Of a stretch of DNA of 50,059 nucleotides, positions 46,863-50,059 are shown one piece after another (the first letter of the stretch is position 1; the number at the start of each line of letters is the position of its first letter). Origin of the DNA: a virus (Duplodnaviria > Caudoviricetes). The notes below the pieces were generated by a model. The model ran no database searches. It saw only the letters and a program-made list of their open reading frames with translations, and was not told the origin of the DNA. The position numbers were made by a program, and so were the translations under genes. The DNA is taken from positions 1 through 50,059 of the IMG/VR virus record IMGVR_UViG_3300011416_000002. One strand, 5' to 3'.

Positions 46863-48068
46863 TCAGTCTCCTCTAACCACCATTGGTTGTGTCTCTTGAA
46901 CAACCGGGGACGCTTCACTTCCGACATTTACTGGTTCCCTTTTCCTTAGGAGGGGGTTCCAACGCGACCTTTCGAACTTCGCGTTGAGCATCGCTTCCCT
47001 GATGGACGGCTCCGCTTTGCAGACTTCTTTGAAGTTACAGAACCGGCACGCGGTGCGGTTACGCGGCCAGAAATTCTGGATGGCGAACTGTTGAGCCATA
47101 GAGAGCCAGATGAGGATTTCCTTGTAGAACTCCTCCTTCCGCTCCTCACTGTGGGGATATACCCGCCAGCCGAATTTGACCCAGCCATTGCCGGCTTGCA
47201 TGGCTTCGATAGCGACACCGCTATAGGGCATATCTGCTGGAAGAGCCCTACCTGCCACGAGACCATAGAGGTCCACCTGGACGTTCGGCGCGAACTGCGA
47301 GAAGTATTGGTCATTGAGTTGGTTCTTCGTTGTCTTGTAGTCAGTGATGAAGACCTCTCCCTCCCCAGGATGGGTCTGAGGTCCATCACCCCACAGTTGC
47401 TTCACACCATCAAACCATCCTGCTACGTGGTACTTGATGCCACCAATCGTTGCAAATGGAATTCGATACTGAACCTCCACCGCCGCCTTGTGGGAACCGT
47501 CGGGATATTTCACACTGATCGGCTTGAGAGCACCGTTCTTCACCTCCTCAGCGTACCAGACGATGGCTCGCACAAGCTGTATGCGGTCCTTCACATCGGT
47601 AGCCGGCAGCCATAGCCGCTCGACGGCGGTCTTCGATCCGCAGCCACAGAAGCCCGGCGATGGCATTGGGAAGTATTTCCCCTTGTGGCTGAAGGGACAC
47701 TTAGCCGGGTTGCCCTTCTCATTCTTGAATTTGGTGAGACCCAGGCACCGCCATCCATCGACGTATTCACCGAGGGTGGGGACATTCCGTTCGGTGTCCC
47801 ATGTGCGCCCGAGGACGAGCCTCACAGCGGCGCGCACCGCCGCGTCATGCGTGTCTCCTTCCTCCATGATCCGCCTATAGAACAGCTCGACGGCCTCGCC
47901 ATAGATGGAGCCGAACTCCAAATCGACCTTCTCCTCCCTCGTTGTGTAGCCGAGGACGTTGTGAAGGTAATACTGGTGTGAGCACTCCATGAGGGACTTC
48001 AAGGAAGTTGCGTCCCACACCTGTTGGATGTGGGGCATGTCAGGATGGAATAGGGTTGGTTCGGTCAT
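46863..48068 (-). CDS. PD-(D/E)XK (Cas4/RecB-like) exonuclease
   Basis: C..QY..FGS; GWFDG; ITDYKT; QVDLY; C-terminal C..C.F..VC. Confidence 0.85.
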   Translation of the reverse strand: MTEPTLFHPDMPHIQQVWDATSLKSLMECSHQYYLHNVLGYTTREEKVDLEFGSIYGEAVELFYRRIMEEGDTHDAAVRAAVRLVLGRTWDTERNVPTLGEYVDGWRCLGLTKFKNEKGNPAKCPFSHKGKYFPMPSPGFCGCGSKTAVERLWLPATDVKDRIQLVRAIVWYAEEVKNGALKPISVKYPDGSHKAAVEVQYRIPFATIGGIKYHVAGWFDGVKQLWGDGPQTHPGEGEVFITDYKTTKNQLNDQYFSQFAPNVQVDLYGLVAGRALPADMPYSGVAIEAMQAGNGWVKFGWRVYPHSEERKEEFYKEILIWLSMAQQFAIQNFWPRNRTACRFCNFKEVCKAEPSIREAMLNAKFERSRWNPLLRKREPVNVGSEASPVVQETQPMVVRGD

Positions 48069-48643
48069 AGCGCGATCACCTCTTGGGCTTTCGATTTCTC
48101 AGCTTCGATCCTTGCCTTGGCTTCGGCCTTCTTCTTCTCCAAGCGCTCCTTCTGTTCCGGGGTCATGATGCTCCCATAAGAACTGGAGACGCTTGAAGAG
48201 ACTTTCGCTTCCTCAGCCTTGGGCGCCTTCGTCTCCTCAACCTTCGAGACGAGGACTTCCTTGGTAGCAGGCGGCCGCTTCATGATGTCGGTGAAGCCCT
48301 TGGAGAGGCTCACGATGGCCTTCTCAATGACGGCCCCCATCGCATCGCGCTCTTTCTGGCGCTTCTCAGCTTCTTCAATAAGACCTGTCGCCATTTGCCA
48401 TGCATGTTCCATTGCCCCAGGGATGACGGCTTTCTCGGTCTTCTCAGGGGCCATTGCTTCCCATGCCTTCTCTTCATCTTCGTCATCCAGGAGGTTGATG
48501 AGAGCCGCCGCTGCTTGAGCCAGCGTCTCCTTGTTGCACAGGATGGTGGGCTTAGACCGCCACCCACCGGCAGCGGCTAACACTACGTCCCACCCACCGA
48601 CTTCACTTTGCTGGATGCTGTACACGGTTGCGCTCCTTCTCAA
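48065..48643 (-). CDS. hypothetical charged protein
   Basis: ATGA coupling to nuclease; start uncertain. Confidence 0.65.
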   Translation of the reverse strand: MRRSATVYSIQQSEVGGWDVVLAAAGGWRSKPTILCNKETLAQAAAALINLLDDEDEEKAWEAMAPEKTEKAVIPGAMEHAWQMATGLIEEAEKRQKERDAMGAVIEKAIVSLSKGFTDIMKRPPATKEVLVSKVEETKAPKAEEAKVSSSVSSSYGSIMTPEQKERLEKKKAEAKARIEAEKSKAQEVIAL

Positions 48644-49094
48644 AGAACTTCGTCACGGCTGCCCAATCCTTGGTGATATGGATGCGCTGTGCAAAGCCGC
48701 TCTTCAAGTGGTATCCAAAGAGGAAGAACGCCTTCACATAGGGACAAGACCGTTCAGCAGGCACCACATGGCGCGGCCGGTCGTCGATGAAGTACCGCAT
48801 GTTGAAGCTGTTGATATCGGGCCACTTCAACTCGGAGAAGTTCACATAGAGTTGGCGGCTATGTGGGATTGGGAAGTCATGCTCCTTGAGCCACTTGATG
48901 GTGTCATGCTTCCGGGTCGTGCCACACTGTGAGAGAACCCAGAACTCAAACATGTCCAAATGGGCATATAGGAACTCACGGGAGCCCTCTTGGGGCTCTC
49001 CATCGTGTTGCATGGAGGCGAGGACCCCGCCCACATCTAGGGCAAACCTAGGAAGATGAGCGATCCGTTCACTGCGCGGGTTATTCTTAGCCAT
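48603..49094 (-). CDS. HAD-superfamily hydrolase (5'-nucleotidase-like)
   Basis: ALDVGGVL motif I variant, VLS, T.KWL.EH, FIDDRP motif IV. Confidence 0.75.
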   Translation of the reverse strand: MAKNNPRSERIAHLPRFALDVGGVLASMQHDGEPQEGSREFLYAHLDMFEFWVLSQCGTTRKHDTIKWLKEHDFPIPHSRQLYVNFSELKWPDINSFNMRYFIDDRPRHVVPAERSCPYVKAFFLFGYHLKSGFAQRIHITKDWAAVTKFFEKERNRVQHPAK

Positions 49095-49106
49095 GGCACG
49101 TTCCTT

Positions 49107-49238
49107 TCAGATTGGTGGAATGCAGAGGAAGACCCATAGGATCAGGATGGAGAGCACCGTCACGGCGCCATAGGCGACGAGCGGCACCCACCACAGCTCA
49201 TAGGGGATCGGGTAACGCTTCTTCGACAACCAACTCAT
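49107..49238 (-). CDS. 43-aa membrane peptide MSWLSKKRYPIPYELWWVPLVAYGAVTVLSILILWVFLCIPPI
   Basis: read manually; fills the gap; strongly hydrophobic helix. Confidence 0.5.
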   Translation of the reverse strand: MSWLSKKRYPIPYELWWVPLVAYGAVTVLSILILWVFLCIPPI

Positions 49239-49425
49239 CGGATTGCATCCTCGCTTTGCGGCCCCGTGGAGCCTTTTCTTCACGGATAAACTTGGCGCGG
49301 TCCTCTCGTAGCCTCTCTATGAGGCCGTCAATCTCGCTGTCCTCAACGGAGGTCGGCGCTTTCGTGAGAGCCTTGTTGAGCGAGAGGTTCTCAGGTTCGT
49401 TGATGATTTCGTCGATGGGGTTCAT
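49198..49425 (-). CDS. hypothetical protein
   Basis: ATGA coupling to upstream gene. Confidence 0.65.
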   Translation of the reverse strand: MNPIDEIINEPENLSLNKALTKAPTSVEDSEIDGLIERLREDRAKFIREEKAPRGRKARMQSDELVVEEALPDPL

Positions 49426-50045
49426 TGCGGCACCTTTGTCCTAGCTTCCTTGATGAGCTTCGATAGATCAGCGCATGTCAGGTTGTGGCTATAGGAATGA
49501 TCGCCACACTCACATGCAAGGTTAGGCGTCACCGTGGGCTTGTGGACCGTCACATATGTGGCGTTTTTCCCACGTCCAATCTTCTTCTTGCTGTGCGTTC
49601 CTCCTGTTCTGTATTGCCAGAATTGGAACTCATTGAGCCCATCCAATAGGCCCTTCAATGCAAGTTCCAACGATAGGGCGCGGGTCTTCGCATCTATGTC
49701 TCCCTTGTAGGGAGAGACACCACCTATGTTGAACTTCAAGACCTGGAACGGGAGCTTGGCCACCCCATCATCTTGATTGATCTTCCCAATGCCGATCTCG
49801 ATTTCATCCTTGTCGATGCAGATGAAGACGCTATCCAGCGTAGCAGGGTTCCTGAAGATCACATTCATGGTGTCGAAGCGGCCATGCCTAGTGAAGTTCT
49901 TGAAGTGTCCAAAGGAGCGGGTTGAGATTGTTCCCACGAGGGTGCCATGCTTCGACCCAGATGAGTGTCCCCTTGCATACTTGAAGTAGCTCTTGGTCTT
50001 CATACCGATGTGGAAGCCAATCGATAGGGTCTTGATCTTCTTCAT
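49422..50045 (-). CDS. hypothetical early protein with C-terminal CxC..H..C
   Basis: 207-aa ORF; start coupled across the circular junction. Confidence 0.7.
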   Translation of the reverse strand: MKKIKTLSIGFHIGMKTKSYFKYARGHSSGSKHGTLVGTISTRSFGHFKNFTRHGRFDTMNVIFRNPATLDSVFICIDKDEIEIGIGKINQDDGVAKLPFQVLKFNIGGVSPYKGDIDAKTRALSLELALKGLLDGLNEFQFWQYRTGGTHSKKKIGRGKNATYVTVHKPTVTPNLACECGDHSYSHNLTCADLSKLIKEARTKVPQ

Positions 50046-50059
50046 ATGCGCACCATGAA
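49937..50059. repeat. 123-bp direct terminal repeat, right copy
   Basis: identical to 1-123. Confidence 0.97.

Noticed and set aside
46863-48068. CRISPR-Cas system from the Cas4-like gene
   Set aside because: No repeat-spacer array or other cas genes seen; context is the standard nuclease-Sak4-SSB module

Overview
Apparently complete ~49.9 kb genome of a podovirus-like dsDNA phage. Positions 1-123 repeat exactly at 49937-50059, and ORFs read through the junction. Two gene arms diverge from a ~970 bp non-coding region (5099-6067) and converge at ~36690. The + arm carries an AAA/RepA-type helicase, small and large terminase, portal, scaffold, major capsid, adaptor, nozzle, several tail fibres/spikes, a two-domain lysin and ejection proteins. 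The - arm carries early genes, a PD-(D/E)XK nuclease/Sak4/SSB recombination module, a family A DNA polymerase split into two genes, and nucleotide-hydrolysing enzymes. I recognised no integrase, primase, ligase or RNA polymerase. Two perfect CtrA boxes and apparent GANTC avoidance point to an alphaproteobacterial host. The strongest candidate for an undescribed system is an early, CtrA-box-preceded, translationally coupled gene pair: a PPDK-like ATP-grasp/phosphohistidine-swivel phosphotransferase with an unfamiliar acceptor domain, followed by a CX5R/WPD protein-tyrosine-type phosphatase. Also notable are a tRNA-like RNA with a hairpin-expanded anticodon arm before the capsid gene and a PolA split inside its proofreading domain. 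All calls are from motif reading by eye; no searches were run.
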